A stretch of 64,000 nucleotides of DNA from Pecten maximus (GCF_902652985.1 NC_047017.1:47244001-47308000); one strand, 5' to 3'. Positions 1 to 11,859 are shown, numbered from the stretch's first letter. Notes: generated from the sequence alone by a model not told the origin. Numbers and translations: made by a program.

Positions 1-17
1 TTACGCTAATCATAAAC

Positions 18-1076
18 ATGAGAGACGATATGAAATCACAACTAGAAGCTTTAACAGCGAAACAAGACAAAGAAATTAAAATTTTAAAATTGGAATTAAA
101 GGAACTAAAAACCGAACTCTTGGAAACAAATAGCCAGCTTAGTAATACGAAAATCGAGCTGGAACGCGCAAACGGCGAAAAAATGCGCTTAAGACATGAA
201 CTTAGGATACATAATGAACAATTAAAAGGCAAGGATAATGAAATTATAGTACAAGGAGACGATCATGAAAAACACATGAAAGACATTAAAAGAGATTTAA
301 AAAGCTTAAATGCGAAAATTGACAATATCAAAAACAACATGAAAACTCTGCCTGAAATAAAAGAAAGAAACAAGGGAAACAAAGCATATTGTATTCCATC
401 TGTAGCTTCGTTCACAGTTACTGATACTCATGACATGGGAAATGTGACGGACGTAATTTCGAGCAACGATAACACTAAAGATTCTTCCGACGTCTTTAAC
501 GAACACCATGACACGCGTCAACAGCAACAAACTACTAATGTTATCGACAATAGCAATGCACAGCAGATGTACTCGGATGTAACGCGGAGTAAAAGCGCAT
601 ATAACGACAAAAACTCTGCTGGTGTGACGTCATTCGCACAATATAAGGACGACGGCTGTGAGAATATACGACACGCGAAAGACACTTCTGATACCACGGT
701 TTATAATATAGAAACGATCACTACTGGGTATCAATTCTCGGGTGTTAACCGTAAGCCAAGAACCAAACGAATCGTTATGTCGAGAGTAAGAGGAGACACG
801 ACAGATGAAAACGTCATTGAAAAGGTAAAGGAGTATGCACTTCACCGAGGCGTTAAACTGACTTTTGTACGCGTTTTAAAGAAATGGCCCGCCAGGAACG
901 GAAATACGCCAACATTCACACTACGGGTGAATGTTGTAAATGATCATTATGACAAAGTAATCGGCCAAGGATTCTGGCCAAGCAATATTCTTGTAAGGCC
1001 TTGGATTCCAAACAGCGAAAGAGAGGAACGCGGTGAACACGGGTTTAACAGTAGATCCTACCAAACATTCGATTAA
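18..1076 (+). CDS. LINE ORF1 protein (coiled coil plus C-terminal RRM-like domain); probably 5'-incomplete
   Basis: Heptad-rich N-terminus (LKLELKELKTELLETNSQL); C-terminal ...TLRVNV...FWPSNILVRPW motif typical of CR1/L2-group ORF1. The frame is open back to the window start. Confidence 0.8.
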   Translation: MRDDMKSQLEALTAKQDKEIKILKLELKELKTELLETNSQLSNTKIELERANGEKMRLRHELRIHNEQLKGKDNEIIVQGDDHEKHMKDIKRDLKSLNAKIDNIKNNMKTLPEIKERNKGNKAYCIPSVASFTVTDTHDMGNVTDVISSNDNTKDSSDVFNEHHDTRQQQQTTNVIDNSNAQQMYSDVTRSKSAYNDKNSAGVTSFAQYKDDGCENIRHAKDTSDTTVYNIETITTGYQFSGVNRKPRTKRIVMSRVRGDTTDENVIEKVKEYALHRGVKLTFVRVLKKWPARNGNTPTFTLRVNVVNDHYDKVIGQGFWPSNILVRPWIPNSEREERGEHGFNSRSYQTFD

Positions 1077-1077
1077 T

Positions 1078-4000
1078 ATGGTCAGCCTTTTTCTGATACT
1101 TTCCATTCTAATGTCACTTCTTCGTACAGAGACTTGGAATGCCAGAGGGATAATGTATAATACTACATACCTTTGTCAGCGTATAAAAAATCTTGATGTG
1201 ATGTTTCTATGTGAAACATGGCTGTTACCAGAGCATATATCTTACCTTGATAGTGTAGATAAATCCTTTGTTTCATATGCTCGGGTTGATAGACGAATTC
1301 CTGCGGATGTGACGAGTAGAGCAAGTTCGCGAGGATGTGGCGGAACCGCGTTTATTTGGAGACGGGATATTGACGTTATACCGTTAATAAATGAAGGGAA
1401 CGATCGTGTTATGATGATACGCGTCCGAACTAAGGATTCACAAGATCTGTATATGATCGGAGTGTTAATGCCGTCTACCAACTTTAGCTTGGACGCTTAT
1501 CGGGACACATTAGAAATTGTAGAATCGCTCTACGATAAGTACACGGAGACTGGAACGGTCTTTATTCTAGGAGATATGAATGGGACGTTATCTACTGATT
1601 ATGGCAGTAAAAACTGTGTAACTTCCAACATTAGAGGTGATATATTAGGACATTTCATGACAGAAAGACAACTAATATCAATTAATAGTCAAAATTGGGC
1701 AACAGGACCAGACTATACATTTTGTAATGGATCCTTTAAATCATTAATTGACCATATTTTAGTTCCACATAATAAGGTCGATCTCGTAGGACAATGTTCT
1801 ATCACTGACGATGAGTTGAATAATATGTCCGATCATTTGCCTGTGAGATTTGATTACAAAAGAAGACCCGTTGGCTCCTATGAACGCGAAAGTCCTTTTG
1901 CGATCTTCAACTGGAGGAAAGCTACTGACAAGCAACTTAATAAGTATAAAACAGATGTGAATCACGCGATTACCGAAATGAGAATAAATCCTGAAAACTG
2001 TACAATAGAGGAGATTAACGACTGCCTAAAGTCATGTGCAGATATTCTTATCAATGCCTCTATAAAATCTTTAACAGGAAAGACGTTCAAAAGTCAGTTA
2101 AAACCATACTGGAACTATGGTAACTTGAAGGATCTACACTCCGCCATGAGACGACATCGGAACGTGTGGCTAGTAAACGGGAAACCTCGCGATAGCCATG
2201 CTGAGTCCTACAGAAATTATAAACGATCTAAATGTGACTTCCGACGGGAACAGCGAAAAGCAAGACAGGCATACGAACAGAAACAGTTTCGCGAATTACA
2301 AGAAAACGCATGCGTAGATGTAGGCACATTCTATCGATTCGTTCGGAGACGTCGCTCTATCCGAGAGACATGTCAGGAATTACAAGTTGACGGCAATGTC
2401 ATACGAGACTCAAATGAAATCCACCGTGTATGGTATAATCACTATGCTGCATTAGCGAAACCTTGCAATAACGATGCATTTGATGACGATTTCAAAGCAG
2501 ACATCGAGGGTCGATTGGCACAAATTGTTGAAACAGCTGAGGAAAAAGACTGTGAACTACTGAAAGAGAAAGTAACGGATGATGAAGTGAAACAAGCTAT
2601 CAAAGGCATGAAAGCGGGAAAGTCTCCCGGACACGACAGTGTTGTTAGCGAACACTGCCAATACGCGGGTGAAGGACTTATTTCGTTCTTAACTACAATT
2701 TTCAACGCCATTGTAAAAGTGGAAAAATATCCAGCGTATTTTAAACAAGGAGTTGTAATCAGTCTATTTAAAGGTGGCAAGAAAAATAAAATGGATGTTA
2801 ATAGTTATCGTGACATCACACTCACATCCGTATTACAGAAAGTATTTGAGAAAATACTATTTAGCCGAATTTTGCGAAGATCCGACGACATTGGATTTCC
2901 TTCGCCGCTACAACAAGGATTCAGATCTGAATGTGGTAGTTTGACAGCCGGGTTTGCAATTAAAGAAAGTATCCTTCACTATACAGATCGCGGATCAAGG
3001 GTATTGGTCGCTTTCCTCGACAACCAAAAAGCATTTAACTCCGTATGGATTGATGGATTACTCTATAAGCTATCACAACTCGGCTTTTCCGGTAAGATAT
3101 GGCGTTTACTACGTGATTCATTTAGTTTGGTAACTTCGCGTGTTCTTTATAGAGGACGCCTATCAGAACCCTATGACGTCTTGCAAGGTGTCGGTCAAGG
3201 CCGAGTGATATCTGCGTGGCTATTTTTAGTAATGATTAACGACCTCGCCATAGAACTTGACCGTGGCATGAACGGTTTACGTGTAGGTGATATTCATGTA
3301 CCGGGACTCTTTTTAGCTGATGATACACTTGTTGCTGCTGCCTCTGCAAGTCACTTGCAGCGTGAACTAGACATTGTCTATGAATATTCTTTGAAATGGC
3401 GAATGACCTATAACAGCGACAAAAGTGGAATTGTTATTTTTGAAAAATCGAAGAAAAGGCAAAAATTTGTACCCAAAACCCCCTTCTACATTGGGCACAA
3501 TCAGCTCCAATATAAAAATGGCGTTACCTATGCTGGACTTCTTCTGACTACAATGCTCAATAGTGACGAATGTGTGTGTCAGCAAATGGAAAAGGTTAAA
3601 AAGCTTTTTAACTCGATGATCGGTTTAGGCATACACAAAAATGGAATGTCCCCAGCGCTTAGTGTAATTATCTGGAAGAATATCCTACTACCGTCTCTAA
3701 CATACGGGTGCGAACTGTGGAACAATATTTGTCGGTCAACAACATGGACAGATGTTGAAATACTACAACGGAAAGTGGCAAGGCGATGTCAAGGCTTCGA
3801 GTTCGACTCTCCCACATGTGTGACAATCAACTGCTTGGGATTATGGGAAATACAATCGCATGTTGACAAATGTAAATTGCTGTTTTGGAATCGCTTAAGT
3901 AGGGGGAATCCCAATTTTATCTGGAAAAGGATCTTTAATGCCCGCTTGTGTGACTTCATAGTAGATGAAACCATTACGACAGGTTTTATTCCCGATGTCG

Positions 4001-4578
4001 TCAGGATACATCGCAAATATCAACTAAGTAGTTTATTTGAGGATTTTTTCTTCTATGGAGACACAATCGGTAAAACCAGCTGGAAAAAATTCATAACAAA
4101 TGTTATCCACTTTCATCAAGAAACCAAATGGAAAGAAGTTCTAACTGAAAGACAAGAGCTAAGCATATATTCGGACATCCACACGAGCCTGACGTTACAT
4201 CCGCTTTATATATTAGGAGAAAAACACCCAGCATATACTTGGAAACTAGCCGAGATGATTAAAATCTCATATCTCCATGTTAAAGAAATAGTTGTATGCA
4301 AATTGTGTGGACAGCGTGGCAGTAACGTTATAGCTCATTTTATTATTCAGTGCTGTAAACTACAGGAAACTAGAGATTCGCTACTAGACAACGTCGTCAA
4401 TGTCCTGGGAACTGCAAATTATGTCATGTTTGCCGACCTCGACGAGACTAGCATGACAAAGGTGATCCTAGGAAGCCGGGATACTATTGAAATAGACGAT
4501 GATGCGTGGGAACAATTTATGTTGCTGAATTCCATCAGTATCGCCAAAATGACCAAATATTTATTTGAAATAATATAA
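1078..4578 (+). CDS. LINE ORF2: APE endonuclease, reverse transcriptase and C-terminal CCHC knuckle
   Basis: APE motifs TWNARG, LCETWL, LGDMNG, IDHILV, SDHLPV; RT motifs KSPGHD, SYRDITL, QQGFR, FLDNQKAF, QGVGQG, FLADD; C-terminal CKLC-x9-H-x4-C. First ATG is at 1078, one base after the ORF1 stop; alternative ATG at 1111. Confidence 0.96.
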   Translation: MVSLFLILSILMSLLRTETWNARGIMYNTTYLCQRIKNLDVMFLCETWLLPEHISYLDSVDKSFVSYARVDRRIPADVTSRASSRGCGGTAFIWRRDIDVIPLINEGNDRVMMIRVRTKDSQDLYMIGVLMPSTNFSLDAYRDTLEIVESLYDKYTETGTVFILGDMNGTLSTDYGSKNCVTSNIRGDILGHFMTERQLISINSQNWATGPDYTFCNGSFKSLIDHILVPHNKVDLVGQCSITDDELNNMSDHLPVRFDYKRRPVGSYERESPFAIFNWRKATDKQLNKYKTDVNHAITEMRINPENCTIEEINDCLKSCADILINASIKSLTGKTFKSQLKPYWNYGNLKDLHSAMRRHRNVWLVNGKPRDSHAESYRNYKRSKCDFRREQRKARQAYEQKQFRELQENACVDVGTFYRFVRRRRSIRETCQELQVDGNVIRDSNEIHRVWYNHYAALAKPCNNDAFDDDFKADIEGRLAQIVETAEEKDCELLKEKVTDDEVKQAIKGMKAGKSPGHDSVVSEHCQYAGEGLISFLTTIFNAIVKVEKYPAYFKQGVVISLFKGGKKNKMDVNSYRDITLTSVLQKVFEKILFSRILRRSDDIGFPSPLQQGFRSECGSLTAGFAIKESILHYTDRGSRVLVAFLDNQKAFNSVWIDGLLYKLSQLGFSGKIWRLLRDSFSLVTSRVLYRGRLSEPYDVLQGVGQGRVISAWLFLVMINDLAIELDRGMNGLRVGDIHVPGLFLADDTLVAAASASHLQRELDIVYEYSLKWRMTYNSDKSGIVIFEKSKKRQKFVPKTPFYIGHNQLQYKNGVTYAGLLLTTMLNSDECVCQQMEKVKKLFNSMIGLGIHKNGMSPALSVIIWKNILLPSLTYGCELWNNICRSTTWTDVEILQRKVARRCQGFEFDSPTCVTINCLGLWEIQSHVDKCKLLFWNRLSRGNPNFIWKRIFNARLCDFIVDETITTGFIPDVVRIHRKYQLSSLFEDFFFYGDTIGKTSWKKFITNVIHFHQETKWKEVLTERQELSIYSDIHTSLTLHPLYILGEKHPAYTWKLAEMIKISYLHVKEIVVCKLCGQRGSNVIAHFIIQCCKLQETRDSLLDNVVNVLGTANYVMFADLDETSMTKVILGSRDTIEIDDDAWEQFMLLNSISIAKMTKYLFEII

Positions 4579-5169
4579 TATATAAATGTAAATGTAAAAG
4601 AAACGCTCAACGGAATAGATTTATTAGGCTATCGCAATACTTAAGCGATGGCGGATTCAATTTCTTTCATATCAATTATTCATTTCTTAATTTATTGTTT
4701 TCCTGTTAATATGTTCTGTAATCTTCATGCAATTGGAGGAAAATAAAGATATCTATCTATGGCTTCCTCCACCATATGTCATCTGGAGTCCTTGATAAAT
4801 AGGTAGGTCGAAGTTCTCCCATTTGACCTTCCACAACACCTAGTTTCCCTATCACTGCCTTACGTGGTTTTCTTTTCCATTTTTCCTTCAAGCCCCCTCG
4901 TATACCCGTAGTTCCCTCTCACAATAATAAATGTGGTTCCCTTGCCTGACACGTGATTTTCTTTTCACATTCATCATTTTCAATCCGTTACCTGAGACTT
5001 ATGTTTACTGTGTCACCATGCCATTTCCACTAGATATCAACATTACACATGGTTTCCACTACTCCTGATCTATCTGGTTTTAATTTGGCCCCTAGCCTAA
5101 GACATCTTGTTATAGATATACCACAGCAGCTATTCATATATATAACACAGAACAATAAAGTTAAAAGAT

Positions 5170-5930
5170 ATACCACAGACACCAAATGTTCAGATAAACC
5201 ACAGAACACCAAATGTTCAGATATACCACAGACACCAAATGTTCAGATAAACCACAGAACACCAAATGTTCAGATATAACCACAGAACACCAAATGTTCA
5301 GATAAACCACAGAACACCAAATGTTCAGATAACCACAGAACACCAAATGTCAGATATAACCACAGAACACCAAATGTTCAGATAAACCACAGAACACCAA
5401 ATGTTCAGATATACCACAGAACACCAAATGTTCAGATATAACCACAGAACACCAAATGTTCAGATATACCACAGAACACCAAATGTTCAGATATACCACA
5501 GAACACCAAATGTTCAGATAAACCACAGAACACCAAATGTTCAGATATACCACAGAACACCAACTGTTCAGATAAACCACAGACACCAAATGTTCAGATA
5601 AACCACAGAACACCAAATGTTCAGATAAACCACAGAACACCAAATGTTCAGATAAACCACAGACACCAAATGTTCAGATATACCACAGAACACCAAATGT
5701 TCAGATAAACCACAGAACACCAAATGTTCAGATAAACCACAGAACACCAAATGTTCAGATAAACCACAGACACCAAATGTTCAGATAAACCACAGAACAC
5801 CAAATGTTCAGATATACCACAGAACACCAAATGTTCAGATAAACCACAGAACACCAAATGTTCAGATAAACCACAGACACCAAATGTTCAGATAAACCAC
5901 AGAACACCAAATGTTCAGAGATATACCACC
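5170..5930. repeat. Minisatellite, ~27-bp unit ACCACAGAACACCAAATGTTCAGATAA
   Basis: About 28 tandem copies with 26-28 bp variants; explains the repetitive spurious ORFs. Confidence 0.95.
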
Positions 5931-6034
5931 AGAACGAATGTTTTTTTATAGCAATGAAGACACTGAACTAAGTTTGCTCAAATGCAAAACGATTAAGGGC
6001 ATACAAGTACTTTTACGTAAGAAATAAACATGGC

Positions 6035-6852
6035 AAATTAGAGTCTTCAAACCCAACTAAACTCAAGATCAAATTAGAGCTTCTAAACTCCACTTAACTC
6101 AAAACCAAATTAGAGTCTCCAAACCCCACTAAACTCAAGATTAAAATTGAGTCTTATACCCAACTAAGCTTAAGATCAAATTATAGCAACCAAACCCCAC
6201 TTAACTCAGGATCAAATAAGAGTTACTAAACCCAACTAAACTCAAGATCAAATTAGGGTCTCCATATATACCCAACTAAGCTCAAAATCAAATTTGAGTC
6301 TCCAAACCCCACTAAACTCAAGATCAAATTAGAGTGTCCAAACCCCACTTAACTCAAGATCAAATTTGAGTCTCCAAACCCCACTAAACTCAAGATCAAA
6401 TTTGAGTGTCCAAACCCCACTAAACTCAAGATCAAATTTGAGTCTCCAAACCCCACTAAACTCAAGATCAAATTTGAGTGTCCAAACTCCACTAAACTCA
6501 AGATCTTTGAGTGTCCAAACCCCACTAAACTCAAGATCAAATTTGAGTCTCCAAACTCCACTAAACTCAAGATCAAATTTGAGTGTCCAAACCCCACTAA
6601 ACTCAAGATTAAAATTGAGTCTTATACCCAACTAAGCTCAAAATCAAATTTGAGTGTCCAAACCCCACTTAACTCAAGATCAAATTTGAGTGTCCAAACC
6701 CCACTAAACTCAAGATCAAATTAGGGTCTCCATATATACCCAACTAAACTCAAGATCAAATTTGAGTGTCCAAACCCCACTAAACTCAAGATCAAATTTG
6801 AGTGTCCAAACCCCACTAAACTCAGGATCAAATTTGAGTGTCCAAACCCCAC
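6035..6852. repeat. Minisatellite, 36-bp unit AAACCCCACTAAACTCAAGATCAAATTTGAGTGTCC
   Basis: About 22 tandem copies; each unit has an ACTCAA...TTGAGT inverted repeat; no spacers. Confidence 0.95.
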
Positions 6853-8772
6853 ATCAACGTAACATCATATTTTGCGTAATAAGAATTATCGCAAACTTGA
6901 TTTTATCATCTTTTTTTGTAAAACCGTCAAAAATAGGTGAACAAAAACAGGTGTTCAAAATACAAAAACTGGTATAATGCGTTTATGTTTTAAAAAAAAA
7001 CTTTCCTTGTGAGATTTTCTGTAAACCTGACCTATTTTTTACAGTTCCCCAATGTCATGTAAGGCTACTTAGTATCTTTGACCAGAACTATGGACCGAAA
7101 CATGCACCCCCTGCAACAAAAGAAGGTAGTTCAAAATTGTATAAAGTTGTTACTTTGGAAAAGTAGAATATCTAGATGACGATTTAAACGATTTGCACTT
7201 TTCGAAAGTTAAATAAATAAAAAATAAAAAGTTCAATGGTTTTTACGATAGAAAAGTTTTTCGTCCTTGGATTTTCACATCATGGACGATAAACGCTATT
7301 GAAAAACTACTTAGGGCTTCAGCTCTATATTCCGGTCGGTATTAACGATACCCTTTGTGCGGTCGATTCTCACACCATCGCGATGCAGACGTGACAAGCG
7401 TTCTTGTTACCGAGATTTTGTCATTACCACAAAGCAGAACGTTGGACGAGCAGACGAGAAAGCGTTCAAACGTCACACCATCTTTAATGTCATAAATTGA
7501 TTTTTTCACTTAGTCTGGGAGTATAATGTGTGAACATTTGGGAAACAATTTTAGATTGTTGCTTTCTAAAGTAGATAAAATATGGATATCGCCACCTCGT
7601 TAAGAACGTGACAAAGAAAAGCGCAAAACGATGTTCTCCGTTCTTGTTTGTCAAATAGGTTTAGTGCCATGATAAACTAGAATATTTTTGATAAAATCTT
7701 TCAACTCATTCCCACCAACGAATTTCTTGGCAACTTAATGCATCTAACTGCCAAATTTGATAATAAGGTTCCATTCTTGGCACTGTTCGTCATTTCATGG
7801 TTATTGTCTGACGGGATATCGCCAAGCGCCCGTGTGAAAAGCAACTGGTTTCCACGCAAGCTTTTTGGTGATCTTGATTGTGAGGTGACAATACACCGGA
7901 CAATGACGATGATGCTGATTTCATGGATTAAGATGACGGCTTTGATAAATACGCAAAGTCTATTTTTACAATAGAATTTGTTGTCATCGTTATGGTGTTA
8001 GCGTATCTCAAACCCTAAAGAAATAAAAGTGGATTTGATAGATTGCTGATGGGAAATTTGTCCACTTCAGTCATACGTGCGATACATAATCGAAGTGTAT
8101 ATAAACAAACTTGGAAATCCACTTGGAAATAGTTTTAAGGCAATAAATTACGTGTTATTGTGAAATCGATAAAAAAAACTACTGTAAAATATTGTGGGGG
8201 ACATTTCCTGGTGGTTAAGCGACAATCCTATTGCTTTTGTTTTCATTTGATGACGATTCTTCTCAAATAAAAAAGAATAAAATAGCATCTTCAATTAGCA
8301 TGGCTGACGAAATACCAGAATATGAGCAGTAAATGAAATACAAGTGAGGCGATCAGGTATTTTATGACCGTTCTCCAGGAATGATTACCGTTTGTAGTCG
8401 CTGTGATATTTTATGGCTCTGTAACGGTTATGGAGAGTTAATAGTAGCTCTGTCTTAGGAAGCCATACAACTGAAGGGACACATTTGAAATTGTGTTTAA
8501 TGGAACAATTACCAGGCGTCAACAAGTAATTGTATTGCAGTGTTGAAAAAGCTATAATTTTGTTATCCCTTTTATGAAACTGACGACGGAAAATTGCATG
8601 TGAAATTAAAAGGCACACTTTAAATGTATTAATTGCATTCCGCTGTGTTAAGGAGAAATTAATTTTCCAATCTGCCTGTTTCTCCCAGAGTAACTCTGTC
8701 GTCTTGTATTCATACAAGGTTAAGTCCTTTATAATAGTTCCTAATAGCATTATCATATATATAAACAAACTC

Positions 8773-8918
8773 TGTATAACATGAAACACAAATGACGAAG
8801 ACAATTTTGACTCGTGACCTGTCCGGGACTCGAACGAACTAGGGCATTCACAGCTAGAAATATCCGCGTCTACTACCACTGCGCCAAGTCGACTTCTCTC
8901 CACATACCTTTAAATACA
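8773..8918 (-). mobile_element. tRNA-derived repeat (SINE head or solo tRNA-containing LTR)
   Basis: Minus strand has A box TGGCGCAGTGG and B box GTTCGAGTCC (8813-8893) but no clean cloverleaf; bounded by TGTA...TACA. Confidence 0.55.
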
Positions 8919-8985
8919 TTAAAGACATAGTGGTATATCATATGTAGGTTGGGATATAGCAAATTAAGTATGGGGACGTATCGTG

Positions 8986-9756
8986 TATATAGAGAATAAT
9001 GAATGGTTTCCCGTTTAATATAACATATTTCACGAGTATGACAGAATATCGATATTTTCACGAGTGCGAAGCACGAGTGAAAACTATCGAAATATTCTGT
9101 CATTCGAGTGAAATATGTTATCATATTTACATTTGTCTGGCATTGTCACTATATAGTCTATTTGAGAGCCCTGATTGATGTACGTTTAAATGCCATCTAA
9201 CGCACATTATGTTGTTTGCTTGCAAAGCTCTGGCATTCAAATAGATCATAAATACCATACAAAAACAGTGCAATGCTTAATTAACAGGGAAACCATTCAA
9301 TTTTCTTTTTATTGCATTTGATATACTTTTAAAACAAATTAAGAACATCGAAAAATTAATAGTGCCAAAAAGTGCGGGAATCAGTAACATAATCCATGAC
9401 ATCACAACTTTGTGACGTTACTCCATGTCAACTTGACGGCGTCATTTTGAAAGGACTGATCAACGCAGTTGAAGCGTGTTCTGCTGTTATCGGAGAATGT
9501 GTGCATGAATAGCTAACGTCAAGTGAGTATTTTGTCAAAAGCTAGTCTGAATATTTCAGAAATACAGAAATGACCAATTTATCTATCTTCGCTTCGATTG
9601 GAAAAACCGGCACTTGACGTTAGCTATCCATGTACAGATTCTCACTCGTATGACAGAATATTTCGATATTTTCACTCTAGAAAATATAGATATTCTGTCA
9701 TACTCGTGAAATATATGTTATATTAAACGGGAAAACATTCAATATCCTCTATATAT
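8986..9756. mobile_element. Non-autonomous foldback/MITE-like element with long imperfect terminal inverted repeats
   Basis: Left TATATAGAGAATAATGAATGGTTTCCCGTTTAATATAACATATTTCACGAGTATGACAGAATATC mirrors right GATATTCTGTCATACTCGTGAAATATATGTTATATTAAACGGGAAAACATTCAATATCCTCTATATA; internal palindromes. Confidence 0.8.
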
Positions 9757-11240
9757 TTCACTGGCAAAAATTGCAATAAATGTATATAGACCATCATGAA
9801 AATATGGGAATACATAACGTTAGTAGGTACATAGACTACATGTATTTATTTTTTAGCAGGGGATTTTATATCTAGTTTCTGAACAGAGTCTTGTTTTTTA
9901 CTGCAGAATTGCAAGTTTCTTACTGCATCATTATACCAAAATAAGATTTTAAAGAATATTAGTATATTGTATGTAATTTAGTTATTAGGCATGTAAGATG
10001 GTCCCATATTACCTACCTGGATTTAATATTTCCCGTGTCAAAGACAAAGGAAATAAAATACTTACCTGTCTAAAACCTCAGCAACAAATTTAACAGGCTA
10101 CAAAACCTACTTTTATGAAAAGTAGTGAAAATCAAACAACCAACACAATATTTTTATTCAACAAGTCTTTCTGGTTGCAGGCGAGCCGTTCATATTCCAC
10201 CATTGATGGGGAGTTATCGCTCTTTGCGCGTGACTTTATATTCCTGTGCGAGATCTTATATCACTCGTGAAGAATCAGAAAATCGGTGTTTGGCCAATCA
10301 AATACTTTGGATTTTCTTTAACAGTTTGTCAAACGTTGATATTCATAAGATTATGAAAATGTTATTCTGACGAGATGTCCAAATTTGCGTCATTCTTACT
10401 GTCCATGGCGTTTAAATGGTTTCGGTTTTAACCTGTTCTTAACACTATATTAATGTTAAATTAAAACACTTGGAAATTTTATGTTTTCTTTCGTTTTTTC
10501 ATATTCATTTTTTCTTGCTATGTTCCATATGAAACAAGAGCGACCATAATTTCAACCCACAAAAACACCACAACAGGGTCACAATCGGAAGAAAAAATCC
10601 AAACATAGACTAATGATAGGTGGAAACCCCGGGAACCTTGGTACGAGCATGCAGTTCTTTTCTGTTGTGGATACTTAGTTTGTAATTGCACAGAAAAGAC
10701 ATGACGATTTATAAAAGAAGTAAGTGAAAGGTGTTATCTGTGAAGAAAAGGTAGACCGAAGTTTAATTGGAACTGAAAATGGGCTTCTGGATGATACAAT
10801 GACGCGACACTGTTCAAGGGGGAGCAACTCCGGTTGTTGATTTGTGACTCCGAATTCCCACCACCAGCATTTGGGAAGTGGAAATCATTTAGAAAAGTAG
10901 CATAAAGAATACTTCGAGATAGACATATCGATATCTGTGTGCATGTTGGTCTCCTGGATTTTCGTTTGCTAAAGTATTCAAAGGGGAGTAACTCCAGCAT
11001 AAAATTATTACTTGCATATAACATCCGTACAACCAAAGTCGAAAGGACCGGTTGAAAACGCACTCTTCAAATTTCCCAGGACTTGCATGACTCAACACTG
11101 TTACTCATCAGTAATTATAAGGTTCTCATGGTTAACTTCTATACCGCGTTCCTATGGTACAGATTTTGTTTTGTGTCAGATGGTAAGTCTGAAGCCAGAT
11201 TATCAAACTAACTCTATTTATAAGAGCTAACATTGTTTTT

Positions 11241-11859
11241 TATGGGGCGCCGTTTTACTATTTATTCCCATTTGGTGATATCACCTATTCGAATAGGTGA
11301 TATCACTTAAAGAAACGAATATGTAATATCACTTATTCGAATAGGTGATATCACTCATTCGAATAGGTGATATCACCAATTGGAATAGGTGATATCACCA
11401 ATTGGAATAGGTGATATCACCAATTGGAATAGGTGATATCACTTAAAAATATTCTTAAGTGATATCACCTATTCGAATAGGTGATATCACTCATTCGAAT
11501 AGGTGATATCACTTATAAAATTCTTTAAGTGATATCACCCATTCGAATAGGTGATATCACTTATGAAATTTTATAATTGATATCACCTATTCGAATGAGT
11601 GATATCACCCATTCGTTTCATTAAGTGATATCACCCATTCGAATAGGTGATATCACTTATGAAATTTTATAATTGATATCACCTATTCGAATGAGTGATA
11701 TCACCCATTCGTTTCATTAAGTGATATCACCCATTCGAATAGGTGATATCACTTATGAAATTTTATAATTGATATCACCTATTCGAATGAGTGATATCAC
11801 CCATTCGTTTCATTAAGTGATATCACCAAATGGGAATAAATAGTAAAACGGCGCCCCAA
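11241..11859. mobile_element. MITE with ~40-bp TIRs enclosing a tandem array of palindromic 22-26 bp units
   Basis: TGGGGCGCCGTTTTACTATTTATTCCCATTTGGTGATATCAC ... GTGATATCACCAAATGGGAATAAATAGTAAAACGGCGCCCCA; internal GTGATATCAC cores alternate with CTATTCGAATAG-like spacers. Confidence 0.88.

Larger units (their letters stand above)
1..4760 (+). mobile_element. Non-LTR retrotransposon (LINE), two intact ORFs; 5' end lies outside the window; clade unresolved (CR1/L2/Daphne/RTEX-like)
   Basis: ORF1 followed by an APE-RT ORF2, ~180-nt 3'UTR, AATAAA at 4742-4747 and a short (TATC)n-type tail ending ~4760. Confidence 0.93.

Noticed and set aside
306-4610. Short antisense ORFs within the LINE (also within the cGLR and SIPA1L exons)
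   Set aside because: Shadow ORFs of the real coding strand with no recognisable motifs
6035-6852. CRISPR-like 36-bp hairpin repeat
   Set aside because: Units are head-to-tail with no unique spacers, there are no cas genes, and the context is eukaryotic
6860-8400. CpG-rich non-coding stretch, possibly a DNA transposon or promoter
   Set aside because: No termini, coding homology or splice structure that I could support
8813-8893. tRNA gene
   Set aside because: A and B boxes are present but acceptor and anticodon stems do not pair cleanly; treated as a tRNA-derived repeat
11280-11826. Repeat-spacer pattern resembling a CRISPR array
   Set aside because: Core is only 10 bp, spacers are 12-16 bp and recurrent, and the array is enclosed by TIRs
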